The translations under genes and the position numbers were made by a program. This document shows, piece after piece, positions 48,656-61,784 of a stretch of 64,000 nt of DNA. The DNA is from Malacoraja senta (Eukaryota). The stretch is taken from NCBI GenBank assembly GCA_038087875.1, contig CM075987.1, forward strand, positions 17,238,001-17,302,000. Direction: 5' to 3'. Numbering within the stretch: position 1 is the stretch's first letter; each line of letters begins with the position of its first letter. The notes below the pieces were generated by a model. That model was not told where the DNA came from. It worked only from the letters and a program-made list of their open reading frames with translations, and did no database searches.

Positions 48656-51324
48656 GGTCACACTATTGCAGGAAGGATTTGGTAGCTTTGGAAAGGGTGC
48701 AGAGGTGGTGACCAGAATGCTGCCTGGATTACAGGGAGAGGTTGGAGACTCTGGAACACCAGAGGTTGCGGGCAGATCTGATAGAAGTGTATAAAGTTAT
48801 GAGAGAGGCTAATTTTAAGGAGATGTGTGGGGTAACTTTTTCTCACACCAGAGGGTGGTGGTTGTGACAAAATAGAGACTTTTGGATAGGCTGGATTATT
48901 GGATAGAATGGATAGTGTGCAGATAGATAAGAGATGATCTTGGTATTGTGGACTAAAGGGCCTGTTCTTCTGTCGTGCTGTTCTAGGTTTCACACCTCTG
49001 TAAGATCACCTACATCCTCCTGCCCTCCAAGGAAACGATGCAATTAAAAGAGGGGTTTGATCACATGATCAGAACATACTGAAGCACTCAGGAGGTCAGG
49101 CAGCATATATGGAAAGAGAGACACATTTCATATATGTTTGGAGTGCAAAGTTATGTGGCCCCTCGGCAACCAGTGCCAGCAAGCCCTTTTATAAAACATT
49201 TATCCCACTACAGATCAGGCTATGGGAATGGTCATGTGATAGAAGCAGAATTAGGCCATTCGGCCCATCAAGTCTACTCCGCCATTCAATCATGGAATGA
49301 TTTATGTACAGGAGTCTTCCTCTTTTGCTAAAATTGGATCCAATATTGGTCTACTAATAGGAGTCAGTGAACGAACAAGCTGTGAGCTCTGAACTACAAA
49401 ATACTATATTATTTTTTGTTATTTGCACTATATTTGTTATTTAGTGAACTTTTTCTTTTTTCTTCCCTTAATGTACAATGTTTCCATATTCACATATTCT
49501 GTTGTGCTGCAGCAAATAAGAATTTCATTGTCCCATCCGGGACATACGACAATAAAACTCTCTTGACTTGACTTGTTGGTAGAGGATAGTTTTTGTGATT
49601 GGAAGCCTGTGAATATTGTGTACCAAATAGGTGCCAAGATCCTCACGGTTTAGCATCAGAGAGTAAAACAGATTGGGAACAGGCCCTGCAGTCCAACTGC
49701 TGCCTGCCCATCTGGACACCCATCTCAGTATATTGGTAGACACAAAAAGCTGGAGTAACTCAGCGGGTCAGACACCATCTCTGGAGAAAAGGAATAGGTG
49801 ATGTTTTGTGTCAAGACCCTTCTTCAAAGGATTAATGTGGGCAGGTATTTGATAAAGATTTGGAATGGACAGTGGAGAGCCAAAGGGTCTGTTTTTATGC
49901 TCTACTGTACAAACAGCCTTTGGCCTCTTTCTTCATAGCTCAGATTTCCACTCATAAAACATAGAATAGAACAGCACATGAACGGCCCTAGGGCCCATGT
50001 CTGTGCCGAACATGATGCCAAGACCAACTCTTATCTGCTTACACGTGGCCCATGTCCCTCCATATCCTTATGCCTATCGAAATGTTTCACAAACACCACA
50101 ACTGTATCTGCCTCAACCACAGTGAACAAGTTGAGGTGATGCGAGGTTCATTTGGACAAGCAGAAAGCACTTAGCATCCACGAGTGACTACTCATTAGCT
50201 GGTGCACCAAAGGAAGGTAGATGCTGGAGGATCAACCGTGTGAAGGCAGGGCGCCCTGTTGAGGCTAGGTGTGAGGCTTTGGTTCAAGAGGCTTCTGTGT
50301 AGATGCAGCACAGTGATGCACCAGAGTGGTTTGCTCAAAGCGCCAGCGTAGGTTCACCAGGTTAATTCCCGGGATGGCGGGACTGACATATGATGAAAGA
50401 ATGGGTCTACTGGGCTTGTATTCACTGGAATTTAGGAGGAGAGGGGATCTTATAGAAACATATACAATTCTTGGGTAGATGCAGGAAAAATGTTCCCGAT
50501 GTTGGGGGCGTCCAGAACCAGAGGTCACTGAGATGAGGAAAAACATTTTCATCCACAGAGTTGTGAATCAGTGGAATTCTCTGCCACAGAAGGCACTGGA
50601 GGCCAATTCACTGGATATTTTCAAGAGAGAGTTAGATTTAGCTCTTAGGGCTAAAGGAATCAAGGGATTTGGGGAAACAGCAGGAACGAGGTACTGATTT
50701 TGGATGATCAGCCATGATCATATTGAATGGCGGTGCTGACTCGAAGGGCCGAATGGTCTACTCCTACACCTATTTCCTATGTTTCATCTTATAGGAGAAG
50801 AATTATGCCATTCTGCCCATCAAGTCTACAGCACCATTTAATCATGACTGATCTGTTTCTCTCTGAATCTCATTCTCCCGCCTTCTCCCGATAACCCCTG
50901 ATACCCGCACTAATCAAGAATCTATCTCTCTGGTGTAAAAATACCCAATGACTTGACCTCCACATACGTCTGTGGCAATGAATTCAGTTTCACCACCCTC
51001 TGACTGAAGAAATTCCTCCTCGTCTACTTTCTAAAGGTACATCCTTTTATTCTGAGGCAATGGCCTCTGGTCCTAGACTCTTGCACTAGTACATAAAACA
51101 TCCACTCTATCCAGGCCTTCCACTATTCAGTAAGTTTCAATGATGTCCCTCCTCATCCTTCTAAACTCCAGCAAGTAGAGGTCCAGTGTCGTCAGAGGTT
51201 CATCCTATGTTAACCCAATCATTCCTGGGATCATTCTTGTAAACCTCCCGTGAATGCTCTCCAATGATAGCACATCCTTCCTTACATGAATAAGTTTATT
51301 GGCCAAGTATTTACATATAAGGTA

Positions 51325-54300
51325 AATAGATACATAGATACATAGAAAATAGGTGCAGGAGTAGGCCATTCGGCCCTTCGAGCCTGCACCGCCATTCAAT
51401 ACGATCATGGCTGATCATCCAACTCAGTATCCCGTACCTGCCTTCTCTCCATACCCCCTGATCCCTTTAGCCACAAGGGCCACATCTAATTCCCTCTTAA
51501 ATATAGCCAATGAACTGGCCTCAACTACCCTCTGTGGCAGAGAGTTCCAGAGATTCATCACTCTCTGTGTGAAAAAGTTTTTCCTCATCTCGGTCTTAAA
51601 GGATTTCCCCCTTATCCTTAAGCTGTGACCCCTTGTCCTGGACTTCCCCAACATCGGGAACAATCTTCCTGCATCTAGCCTGTCCAACCCCATAAGAATT
51701 TTGTACGTTTCTATAAGATCCCCTCTCAATCTCCTAAATTCTAGCGAGTATAAGCCAAGTCTATCCAGTCTTTCTTCATATGAAAGTCCTGACATCCCAG
51801 GAATCAGTCTGGTGAACCTTCTCTGCACTCCCTCTATGGCTATAATGTCCTTCCTCAGATTTGGAGACCAAAACTGTACGCAATACTCCAGGTGTGGTCT
51901 CACCAAGACCCTGTACAACTGCAGTAGAACCTCCCTGCTCCTATACTCAAATCCTCTTGCTATGAAGGCCAACATACCATTCGCTTTCTTCACTGCCTGC
52001 TGCACCTGCATGCCTACTTTCAATGACTGGTGTACCATGACACCCAGGTCTCGCTGCATCTCCCCATTTCCTAATCGGCCACCATTTAGATAATAGTCTG
52101 CCTTCCCGTTTTTGCTACCAAAGTGGATAACCTCACATTTATCCACATTATACTGCATCTGCCAAACATTTGCCCACTCACCCAGCCTATCCAAGTCACC
52201 TTGCAGTCTCCTAGCATCCTCCTCACAGCTAACACTGCCCCCCAGCTTAGTGTCATCCGCAAACTTGGAGATGTTGCTTTCAATTCCCTCGTCCAGATCA
52301 TTAATATAAATTGTAAATAGCTGGGGTCCCAGCACTGAGCCTTGCGGTACCCCACTAGTCACTGCCTGCCATTGTGAAAAGGACCCGTTTACTCCTACTC
52401 TTTGCTTCCTGTTTGCCAGCCAGTTCTCTATCCACATCAATACTGAACCCCCAATACCGTGTGATTTAAGTTTGTATCCTAAACTCTTATGTGGTACCTT
52501 GTCGAAAGCCTTCTGAAAGTCCAGATACAACACATCCACTGGTTCTCCCCTATCCACTCTACTAGTTACATCCTCGAAAAATTCTATAAGATTCGTCAGA
52601 CACGATTTACCTTTCGTAAATCCATGCTGACTTTGTCCAATGATTTCACCACTTTCCAAATGTGCTGCTATCCCATCTTTAATAACTGACTCTAGCAGTT
52701 TCCCCACTACCGATGTTAGACTAACTGGTCTGTAATTCCCCGTTTTCTCTCTCCCTCCCTTCTTAAAAAGTGGGGTTACGTTTGCTACCCTCCAATCCTC
52801 AGGAACTACTCCAGAATCTAAAGAGTTTTGAAAAATTATCACATGCATCCACTATTTCTGGAGCTACTTCCTTAAGTACTCTGGGATGCAGCCTATCTGG
52901 CCCTGGTGATTTATCGGCCTTTAATCCATTCAATTTACCCAACACCACTTCCCGACTAACCTGGATTTCACTCAGTTCCTCCATCTCCTTTGACCCGCGG
53001 CCCCCTGCTATTTCCGGCAGATTATTTATGTCTTCCTTAGTGAAGACGGAACCAAAGTAGTTATTCAATTGGTCTGCCATATCCTTGTTCCCCATGATCA
53101 ATTCACCTGTTTCTGACTGCAAGGGACCTACATTTGATTTAACTAATCTCTTTCTCTTCACATATCTATAAAAACTTTTGCAGTCAGTTTTTATGTTCCC
53201 TGCCAGTTTCCTTTCATAATCTATTTTCCCTTTCCTAATTAAGCCCTTTGTCCTCCTCTGCTGGTCTCTGAATTTCTCCCAGTCCTCTGGTATGCTGCTT
53301 TTTCTGGCTAATTTGTACGCATCATCTTTTGCTTTGATACTATCCCTGATTTCCCTTGTTATCCACGGATGCACTACCTTCCTTGATTTATTCTTTTGCC
53401 AAACTGGGATGAACAATTTTTGTAGTTCATCCATGCAGTCTTTAAATGCCTTCCATTGCATATCCACCGTCAACCCTTTTAGAACTAATTGCCAGTCAAT
53501 CTTGGCCAATTCACGTCTCATACCCTCAAAGTTACCTTTCTTTAAGTTCAGAACCGTTGTTTCTGAATTAACAATGTCACTCTCCATCCTAATGAAGAAC
53601 TCAACCATATTATGATCACTCTTGCCCAAGGGGGCACGCACAACAAGTCTGCTAACTAACCCTTCCTCATTACTCAATACCCAGTCTAGAATAGCCTGCT
53701 CTCTCGTTGGTTCCTCTACATGTTGGTTTAGATAACTATCCCTCATACATTCCAAGAAATCCTCTTCCTCAGCACCCCTGCCAATTTGATTCACCCAATC
53801 TATATGTAGATTGAAGTCACCCATTATAACTGTTTTGCCTTTGTTGCACGCATTTCTAATTTCCTGTTTGATGCCATCCCCAACTTCACTACTACTGCAA
53901 GGTGGCCTGTACACAACACCCACCAGCGTTTTCTGCCCCTTAGTGTTTCGCAGCTCTACCCATACCGATTCCACATCCTCCAAGCTAATGTCCTTCCTTT
54001 CCACTGCGTTAATCTCCTCTCTAACCAGCAACGCTACCCCACCTCCTTTTCCTTTCTCTCTATCCCTCCTGAATATTGAATATCCCTGGATGTTCAGCTC
54101 CCAGCCTTGGTCACCTTGGAGCCATGTCTCCGTGATCCCAACTATATCATAATCATTAATTGCTATCTGCACGTTCAACTCATCCACCTTATTACGAATG
54201 CTCCTTGCATTGAGACACAAAGCCTTCAGGCTTGTTTTTACAACGATCTTACCCCTTATACAATTATGTTGAAAAGTGGCTCTTTTTGATTTTTGCCCTG

Positions 54301-54525
54301 GATTTGTCTGCCTGCCACTTTTGCCTTTCACCTTGCTACCTATTGCTTCCGCCCGCATTTTACACCCCTCTGTTTCTCTGCTCACCCATTTAAGAACCCC
54401 ACCACCTCTTATTCTCTGTTTATTATTGTTTTCTTCTTTCCCCCCTACATGTTGGGTCTGAGTGCTTTCCTTCTCTGCCTCCTGCCTCACACACTGTCTA
54501 ATAGCATTCTCTATTTGAGTCCCTC
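51325..54525 (-). mobile_element. 5'-truncated CR1, same subfamily as the 26.8-31.3 kb copy; ORF2 frameshifted near 52845
   Basis: ORFs 52799-54490 and 51424-52848 together give ORF2. The nucleotide sequence is nearly identical by eye to 26.8-29.95 kb. Confidence 0.95.
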
Positions 54526-55280
54526 AATGCGCTTAAGACAGTGGAATTGATTGTAGACTTTAGGAGAGCTCCCCCTCCCCTCACCCCACTCACCATCAAC
54601 AAAACCACAGTCACATCTGTGGAGTCTTTTAAGTTCCTGGGAACCATCATCTCCAAGGACCTTAAGTGGGGGGCTACCATTGACTCCACAGTCAAAAAGG
54701 CACAACATAGGATGTACTTCCTGCGGCAGCTGAGGAAGCACAATCTGCCACAGGCAATGATGGTCCAATTCTACATGGCCATCGTAGAGTCTGTTCTCAC
54801 CTTCTCCATCATGGTCTGGTTTGGCTCAGCCACCAAGCACGACACCTGGAGGCTGCAGCGAATCGTCCGATCAGCTGAGAATGTTATTGGCTGCAACCTT
54901 CCCTCCATTGACGAACTGTACACTGCAAGGGCCAGGAAGCGAGTGGGTAAGATCATCTCTGACCCCTCTCACCCTGGCCACAAACTCTTTGAATCACTTC
55001 CCTCTGGAAGGCGACTCCGGACTGTCAAAGCTGCCACAGCCAGACATAAAAACAGCTTTTTTCCCCACGAGTAGTAGCTCTACTCAATAAACAAAAATCT
55101 GTAGCCTCCTTTTGCTCTGGTATTTTATTTAATTTACATGTTTAATCAATAATGTTCTATAATTAATTTTTATGTATCATTCTTAACTGTCACTGTATGT
55201 CATGTTGTTACTTGTGGGCGGAGCACCAAGGCAAATTCCTTGTATGTGAATACTTGGCCAATAAGCTTATTCATTCATTA
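54526..55280 (+). mobile_element. Rex1/Babar-clade 3' fragment with a (CATT)n tail
   Basis: ORF 54541-55074 has ELIVDFRR...KKAQHRMYFLRQL...DPSHPGH. Confidence 0.88.
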
Positions 55281-56364
55281 GATATGGGGCAACTGTTCAC
55301 AATTCCAGTTGAACACAGATTTTCCTGCACCCTCCAGAGCCTTTGTAGATGATCAATTTTTCTGGAACAACAGAGGTCATGTGATAATTATACGACAATC
55401 CAACTCTGGCCTACTATTGCCATCCCTCCTGTGTCTCTAAAGCTGCCATAAACTTCAATAAAACTAACATAAAATGTATAGGAAGGAATTGCAGATGCTG
55501 GTTTAAACCGAAGAGAGACACAAATGGCTGCAGTAACTCAGAGGGACAGGCAGCATCTGTGGAGAGAAGGAATGGGTGACGTTTTAGGTCGAGACCCTTC
55601 TTCATCGTGCGCCGCAACAACAGCCTTGTCACCGGAACGTGCGGTGGGTGAAGAAGGGCTCGCTGGTTCACTTTTCCAGTTGGGAGTGGGAAGGGTCTCG
55701 ATCCAAAACATCACCCATTCCCTCTCTCCAGAGATGCTCCCTGTCCCACTGAGTTACTCCAGCTTTTTGTGTCTATCTTAATATAAAATGTACACTGAAT
55801 GTGAATGGAATGAGCTGCTGACCCAACCCCCGGCTGGCACAGTCTCCAGCTTCCATTCCCGCTCCCCAGACTGGCAAAGTACATCAGCGAGCCCGTCTTC
55901 ACCCACAGCACGTTCCGGTGACACGGCTGTTGTTGCCGCTCACAATTAGCCCCTGGGGTCAGAACGCTGGGCACCAAGCAGTGGGGATACAGTAGAACCA
56001 GGATGGGTCGGCAGGTCCATCCGCTATATCCGAACGGAAACGTCACCTATTCCTTCGCTCCATAGATGCTGCCTCACCCGCTGAGTTTCTCCAGCACTTT
56101 TGTCTACCTTCGATTTTTCCAGCATCTGCAGTCCTTTCTTAAACATCTTTTATAAGGTGGTCGTTAAAAGGAGGGTTTACCGTATTGTCTTTGGAAACAG
56201 TTAGGAGAGAAGATTGAGAGGGTAGTTCATTATTTTGCGACACGACCGGAGAGAGAGGTCACCACTCGCAACGCCATCTGTGGCCGCTCAGGGAATTTCA
56301 ATTGACTGTTCGTCCAGTTATGGGGTGGGCGGACCTTCATTTGCCGGAGAATCAGTGTTCAACC

Positions 56365-57290
56365 TGTATTCCAAATGCGGTCTGACCAGCGTCTTATGAA
56401 GCATCAGCGTTACATCACAGCGTTTATATTCTAGTCCTCACAAAATAAATGCCAGCATTGCATTTGCCTTCCTTGCTCCTGATTCGGCTTCCCTCGGCAG
56501 GAACCTTTTGGGAATCCTGCACCAACACTCCCAAATTTGCGAATCCTCACCCCATTTAGAAAATAGTTTACGTCTTTATTCCTACTTTGCTACACTATAT
56601 TCCATCTGCCACTTCTCTGCCCACTCTCCCAACCTGTCCATCCTTCTGCAGAGTCCCTGCTTTCTCTACACTACCTGCCCCTCCACCTCTCTTCGTATCA
56701 TCTGCAAACTTGGCCACAAAGCCTTCAATCCCCTCGTCCAAATCATTAATATACAACGTGAAGAGTAGCGGCCCCAGCACCGACCCCTGCGGAACTCCAC
56801 TAGTCACTGGCAGCCAACCTGAAAAATCCCCCTTTATTGCCACTCTTTGTCTTCTGCCATCCAGCCAACCTGCTATCCATGCTAGTATCTGCCCTTTGAT
56901 ACCGTGGGCTCTCATCTTCCTTAGCAGCCTCACGTGTGGCACCTTATCAAAGGCCTTCCGACAATCCAGGTAAACAACATCCACTGACTCTCCTTTGTCT
57001 GTCCTGCCATTTACTTCCTCAAAGAATTCCACAAAGTTCATCAGACAAGATCTCCCTATTTTATCATGTGTTTCTAAGTACCCAGAAACCTCATCTTTGA
57101 TAATGGACTGTAAAATCTTACCAACCACTGAAGCTATAGTTTCCACTCTTCAGCTTTGCTCCCTTCTTGAACAGCAGAGTAATATTAGCATTTTTCAAAT
57201 CACCTGGAACCATTCCCGACTCTAGTGATTCTTGAAAGATCACTACTAATGCCTGCACAATCTCTAAAGCCACTTCTTTTAGAACCTTTA
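56365..57290 (-). mobile_element. CR1 RT fragment (another subfamily)
   Basis: ORF 56595-57146 has GVPQGSVLGP and FADD. Confidence 0.85.
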
Positions 57291-57583
57291 CCAAACCCGT
57301 ATGTCTTTGGCATCCGGAGGGAACGCAATCACAGAGAGAACATGCAAACTCCACACAGACAACAGCTGAGGTGAGGATGGAAGCTAGTTTCTCTGGCACT
57401 GAGGTGGCGATTCTACCAGCTGCCCCATCATGATTCAACAGACAATAGGTGCAGGAGTAGGCCATTCGGCCCTTCGAGCCAGCACCACCATTCAATGTGA
57501 TCATGGCTGATCATCCCCAATCAGTACCCCGTTCCTGCCGTTTCCCCATATCCCTTGACTCCGCTATCTTTAAGAGCCCTATC

Positions 57584-57783
57584 NNNNNNNNNNNNNNNNN
57601 NNNNNNNNNNNNNNNNNNNNNNNNNNNNNNNNNNNNNNNNNNNNNNNNNNNNNNNNNNNNNNNNNNNNNNNNNNNNNNNNNNNNNNNNNNNNNNNNNNNN
57701 NNNNNNNNNNNNNNNNNNNNNNNNNNNNNNNNNNNNNNNNNNNNNNNNNNNNNNNNNNNNNNNNNNNNNNNNNNNNNNNNNNN
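57584..57783. other. Assembly gap (200 N)
   Basis: Run of exactly 200 N. The left edge ends inside a CR1 3' fragment and the right edge begins in a Penelope-type repeat. Confidence 1.
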
Positions 57784-57961
57784 CCGAGTTACTCCAGCAC
57801 ATTTTGAGTGCAGAAGGGTACTTGATCAGCATTGTCACGGGGTGAAGGGCCTGTTTTTTTTCTGTATGAGTTCCTGACTCTTTAATATAAGAGAGCAGGT
57901 TATGGTACAATTGAATAAAACATTAACGTCATTCACAGTAGAGTTTGATAAATTTCTTTAC

Positions 57962-58065
57962 CTGTTTTAAATTATCCATGTTCCACATCTGTCCTCCTGA
58001 CATGATAAATGGGTAGATGACTCTGTAATGATGCAGTTCTTGAAGCTTTTCTTTCAGGAAATCAT
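57962..58065 (-). CDS. Second coding exon of the same gene (D-DFLKEKLQELHHYRVIYPFIMSGGQMWNMDNLKQ), ADAM prodomain N-terminus-like (ADAM33/12/19-like, tentative)
   Basis: Acceptor atatcag|AT (weak pyrimidine tract) and donor CAG|gtaaag. 104 nt, open frame, phase 1 matches exon 1. YxVIYP resembles the Y(E/x)V(V/I)xP start of ADAM prodomains. Lies in non-repetitive sequence. Confidence 0.6.
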
Positions 58066-58669
58066 CTGATATTTCATTGTCAGAAAAATGACCGAATTAT
58101 CCCAATGTGCTGTTCATTAAATTAATAAACTATACATCTCTTACCAAAGCATTTTATATAAAAATTAAAAATAAGAGACAGGTAGAAAAAGTTTAGAGGG
58201 ATATGTGCCAATAGCGGGTAAATAGGATTCGTGTAGATGGGGCATGTTCGTCAGCATAGGCAAGTTGTATCACAGGTTTGTTTCTATTCAGTATCACTCT
58301 AAGAGGATAGCTGGAGAGATGGTAGGACCATTAAGAACAAATTCATGAATTTATTTATGACTTAAGCTTGATAAAGTGGACGAGGAACTAAATGAGTCCA
58401 CTTCAACATTTACCAAGGAAAAGGAGGAAAGTTAGATCAGCGTGAGGTATGCTGATATTCTTGGGCAAGTTGATTTCAAGGAGGAGGAAGTGTTGGCTGT
58501 CATGAAGAACAATAAAGTGGATAAATCTTAGGACTGATGGTATCAACCCCTGGCTATGAGACAAGAAGATTGCAGGAGGCTTGAAGAAGATTGGAGAGGA
58601 TTTCAGGATAGGATTTACATTTGGAAGAGAATTGGAAACAGCATGGCTTTGAATGCAACAGGTCATGAC

Positions 58670-60160
58670 ATACATAGAAACTAGGTGCAGGAGTAGGCCA
58701 TTCGGCCCTTCGAGCCAGAACCGCCGCCATTCAATATGATCATGGCCGATCATCTAAATTAAGTACCCCGTTCCTGCTTTTTCCCCATATCCCTTGATTC
58801 TGCTAGACCCAAGAGCTAAATCTAAAGGGCCTGTACCACTGTCCGAGCTAATTCAAGAGTTCTCCCGAGTTTCCCCTGAATTATGGTAATAGCCGCTTGC
58901 AGATACTCAGGGCTCTCGTGGACATTTTTGAACATGTTGAAAAATCTTCACGAGTCTTCACGAGCTTCCTGTGTTTCCCGAGTGCCTGCTGTTAGCGTTA
59001 CAAGCCGCTAAGAGACGTCCCGAGCTCCGACGTACCCGCTACGTACATTCTACATGCTTGATTTTTTTTTTTAACTTGGGAGAGCTCTTGAATTACCTCG
59101 TACAGTGGGACAGGCCCTTAACTCTCTCTTGGAAACATCCAATGAATTGGACTCCACTGCCTTCTGTGGCAGAGAATTCCACAGATCCACAAGTATCTGG
59201 GTGAAAAAGTTTTTCCTCATCTCAGTTCAAAATGGCCTACCCCTTATTCTTAAACTGTGACCCCTGCTTTAGGACTCACCCAACATCAGGAACATTTTTC
59301 CTGCATCTAGCCTGTCCAATCCCTCAAGAATGTTATATGTTTCTATAAGATCTCCTCTCATCCTTCCAAACTCCAGTGAACACAAGCCCAAAACTGCACA
59401 CAATACTCCAGGTGCGGTCTCACCAGGGCCCTCCTTGCTCCTAAACTCAAATCCTCTCGCAATGAAATCCAACATGCCATTAGCCTTTTTCACTGCCTGT
59501 TGTACCTGCATGCTTACTTTCTTTGACTGATATACAAGGACACGCAGGTCTTGTTGCACTTCCCCTTTTCCTAATCTGACACCATTCAGATAATAATTTG
59601 CCCTCCTGTTCTTGCCACCAAAGTGGATAACCTCATATTTATCCACATTATACTACATCTGCCACGCATCTACCCAATCACTCAATCTATCCAAGTCACC
59701 CTGCAGCCTCATAGCATCATCCTCGCAGCTCACTGCCACCCAGCACGTGTCATCCGCAAACTTGGAGATGTTACATTTAATTCCCTCATCTAAATCATTT
59801 ATATTGTACATAACTGGGGTCCCAGTCACTGCTGCCATTCTGAAAAGGACCCGTTAATTCCTACTCTTTGCTTCCTGTCTGCCAACCAGTTCTCTAGAAG
59901 GGTCTCGACCTGAAACATCACCGATTCCTTCTCTTCAGAGATGCTGCCTGTCAGTGATTTACTCAGCTTTTTGTGTCTATCTTCAGTTCTCTATCCATGT
60001 CAATACCCTACCCCCAATAACATGTGCTCTAATTTTGAACACTAATCTCTTGTATCGGACCTTGTCAAAGGCTTTTTGAATGTCGATACACATCCACTGG
60101 CTCTCCCTTATCCATTCTACTTGTTACATTCTCAAAAATTTCCAGAAGATTAGTCAAGCA
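58670..60160 (-). mobile_element. Degenerate CR1 3' half
   Basis: ORFs 59269-59646 and 59653-59838. Confidence 0.85.
58826..59118. mobile_element. PIF/Harbinger-type MITE inserted in a CR1
   Basis: TIRs AGGGCCTGTACCACTGT / ACAGTGGGACAGGCCCT. TAA is duplicated, and removing the insert restores the CR1 sequence GCTAAATCTAACTCTCTCTTG. Confidence 0.92.
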
Positions 60161-60438
60161 TACTAATGTGATTGAGTTTTTTGACAAAGTGAAGAAGGTG
60201 ATCGGTGAGGGTAAGGCGGTGGATGTTGTTGTACATGGATTTTAGTACGGCATTCGACAACGTCCCCCATGCTAGGCTATTTGCAGTAGATTAAGATGGA
60301 TGGGATCTACAGTGACTTGGTGGTATGGATTCAGAACTGGCTTACTGATAGAAGAAAGAGGGTTGTGTTGGAAGGACAATATTCAGACAGGAGGTCCATG
60401 ACCAGTGGAGTTCTGCTGGGACCTGTGCCGTTTGTATA

Positions 60439-60500
60439 CAGTAAACCCTTGTTTTAATGGGCCCCTTTATAATGGATGTTGGTTATATCAGGTGGACCTG
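60439..60500. mobile_element. Tc1/pogo-like terminal inverted repeat remnant
   Basis: TA|CAGTAAACCCTTGTTTTAATGG... A similar end in the opposite orientation lies at ~56148-56183. Confidence 0.4.
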
Positions 60501-61119
60501 CCCATACCACAATGCCTTCACTGCCGGTTGACGTGGCTATTGTTGAAGATCACATTTCAGCCCTGGGGACTGTGCTTTCTTCAGGCCGCTGCTGCTGGTA
60601 GGACGTGCTTGCTCACCATGGGGCTCCCTCCCTCTCACCAGCTGCCATTTCTTCATGTTGGCTGTTGCTTTGTGTGCTCCCCAATTGACCGCCACCGCCT
60701 CCTCCGGACACTTTGCCCATTCAGCCTCTCACCCCGCCTTCTCGCCTGGAGTTGCTGGCATATACCTCCTTGGAAGATGTCGGCGACTGCAGGGGAGGAG
60801 GAGGAGGCAGTGGAGGTGGAGCAGACAAAGCGACGGCCGACATGAAGAAGCGGCAGCTGGTTAGAGGGGATGGAACCCCATGGTGACGAAGCACGTCGTC
60901 ATTGGCAGTGGCCTGAAGAAAGAGCTAATGGCCAGGTGTCCCTAGTGTGTGTGTAAGATGGTGTCAGTGTGCAGGGATCGCTGGTCGGTGCGGACTCGGC
61001 GGGCAGAAGGGCCTGTTTCCGTGATGTATCTCTAATACCAAAACTAAAAACAGCGGTGCCAACCGAAGATGATGGGATAGAGGACGGTGTGGAAGGGATG
61101 AACAGATGGATGTCTCGAG

Positions 61120-61750
61120 GATGGGGCAAGGCAGTGATGGAGGGGGGTGGTGGTGATGAGTGAGGGGAAGATGATGGAGGGGGGGGAGGAGACAGTGATG
61201 AGGGGGCAGTGATGGAGGGAGCGATGATGGGGGGGGAGGGGGAATTGATGGAGGGGAGGGGCAATGATGGAGGGGGAGGGGGCAATGATGGAGAGGGCAG
61301 TGATGGAGGGAGCGATGATGGAGGGGGGAGGGGAAATGATGAAGGGGGAGGGGTGACGATGAAGGGGGCGATGATGGATGGGTGATGGTGGATGGAGGGG
61401 CGATGATGGGGGGAGGGGGTGATGGTGGGGGAGGGGTGATGGTGGGGGTAGGGGCAATGATGGAGGGGGGCGATGATGGAGGGGGTGGGGGCGATGATGG
61501 AGTGGGGTGGGGGCGATGATGGAGGGGGTGGGGGCGATGATGGAGGGGGTGGGGGCGATGATGGAGGGGGTGGGGGAGATGGTGGAGGGGGTGGGGGCGA
61601 TGATGGAGGGGGTGGGGGCGATGATGGAGGCGGTGGGGGTGATGGTGGAGGGGGTGGGGGCGATGGTGGAGGGGGTGGGGGTGATGGTAGAGGGGGTGGG
61701 GGTGATGATGGAGGGGGTGGGGGCGATGATGGTGGGGGCTGGGGGCGATG
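61120..61750. repeat. G-rich minisatellite (GATGGAGGGGGTGGGGGCGAT, ~21 bp)
   Basis: Visible tandem units. Confidence 0.95.
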
Positions 61751-61784
61751 GAGGGCCAGTAATCGAGTGGGGAGGGACAGTGCT

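Noticed and set aside
55295..55360. Possible third ADAM-like exon (PEKLII...)
   Set aside because: The required phase-0 reading hits TGA at the third codon, and there is no good donor.
55790..56040. GC-rich non-repeat-looking stretch as a missing FBXO41 5' exon
   Set aside because: No FBXO41-like translation or convincing splice sites were found.
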